NCBI RefSeq assembly: GCF_002571385.2 | Contig: NW_019218093.1 | Location: 111,296-175,295, forward strand | Origin: Stylophora pistillata | Taxonomy: Eukaryota | Length of the DNA stretch: 64,000 nt | Direction of reading: 5' to 3' | Shown here: positions 63,254 to 64,000 of the stretch, in pieces | Layout of the letters: the number at the start of each line of letters is the position of its first letter | Position numbering within the stretch: the first letter of the stretch is position 1 | Program-made: the position numbers and the translations under genes | Notes under the pieces: generated by a model | What the model was told of the DNA's origin: nothing | The model's database searches: none | What the model saw: only the letters and a program-made list of their open reading frames with translations

Positions 63254-64000
63254 TATTGTTGTTGTAGTGGTAAATGATAATATATCTTCTAAATCCTATT
63301 TGCTGAAAAAGTTTTATTCAGACTCTCCCTAAAAAAAGAAATTAGGAAAATCTTGGTGCCTGCATGTGTGTCTATCCGACATCCTTGTGGAATATAGATT
63401 TTAAGATGGCAGTACCGAGCATAGGTCAGCCGGATGATCCGTTTATTGGCGATTCTCTTTTTACTCATACAACTCGTTTTCATTTCTAATTTTGAGGAAC
63501 AATTTCTCTCAGTTAGGAACTGGACGCTCGGAAGCTCGGACGCTTTAATATAATCAACATCCTTTAAATTATCAGAGAAAATTCGGTAAGTTCTAATTGT
63601 ACTTGATATTTCCTATCTCATTCAAAATTGATTTCAGAAGAGCTATTTTTCTCTTGACAAACAACGTTTTCAATAGAATTTAGGAGTTGGATTTTCAGAC
63701 ACTTTTCACGAACTAACACATGACATTTAAATGCATTGAGACTCTCTTTCAATTGTCTGCCCATGCCATAAAAGGCAGACAATGCAAACAAAAGCTATTA
63801 AGAGTCTCAGCCTTCCGAAGGAAACTTTGAAAGAAATCCCTCACGTGCTTTTTGTTCATGTATTCGTTAAGCACATCTATCAAAACATTCTGAAATATTG
63901 CTAGCAGATAACATTTCAGTCTTTACCGCCCACGTGTTAGAACCCCTTTACCAAAGATATCAAGTAAACAGTTCAATCTCAGCTTGATTTTTTTTTTAAT

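Overview
Intron-rich, AT-rich animal genomic DNA. The repeat families suggest a cnidarian, probably a stony coral; this is an inference, not a database result. I assembled seven spliced genes by hand from GT-AG sites and reading-frame phase. Four are on the minus strand: a 15-exon class B1 (secretin-type) GPCR (3103-10975); a ~1,880-aa DBF4/ASK/Chiffon homolog with a ~1,500-aa single-exon tail (18738-29081); FBXL7 (31518-38560); and RSPH1 (41722-43759), which has an in-frame TAG at codon 20 that is also an in-frame splice acceptor. Three are on the plus strand and form a tandem family of type-I membrane, mucin-like proteins (44915-60780) with 1, 0 and 3 copies of a 51-aa Ser/Thr/Pro unit and a shared cytoplasmic tail ending in a PDZ-type motif. 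Non-coding features are: a ~3.4-kb array of 27-bp units with a 14-bp palindromic core, apparently inside a Helentron/DINE-like element (13023-17055); five unrelated double-hairpin (Crypton/Eulor-like) elements; tRNA-derived repeats; several MITEs; a decayed L2-type LINE; a degenerate hammerhead-like motif; and one N gap. There is no CRISPR array or prokaryotic system. The best novelty candidates are the mucin-like receptor cluster, the DBF4 tail motifs and the palindromic satellite element.
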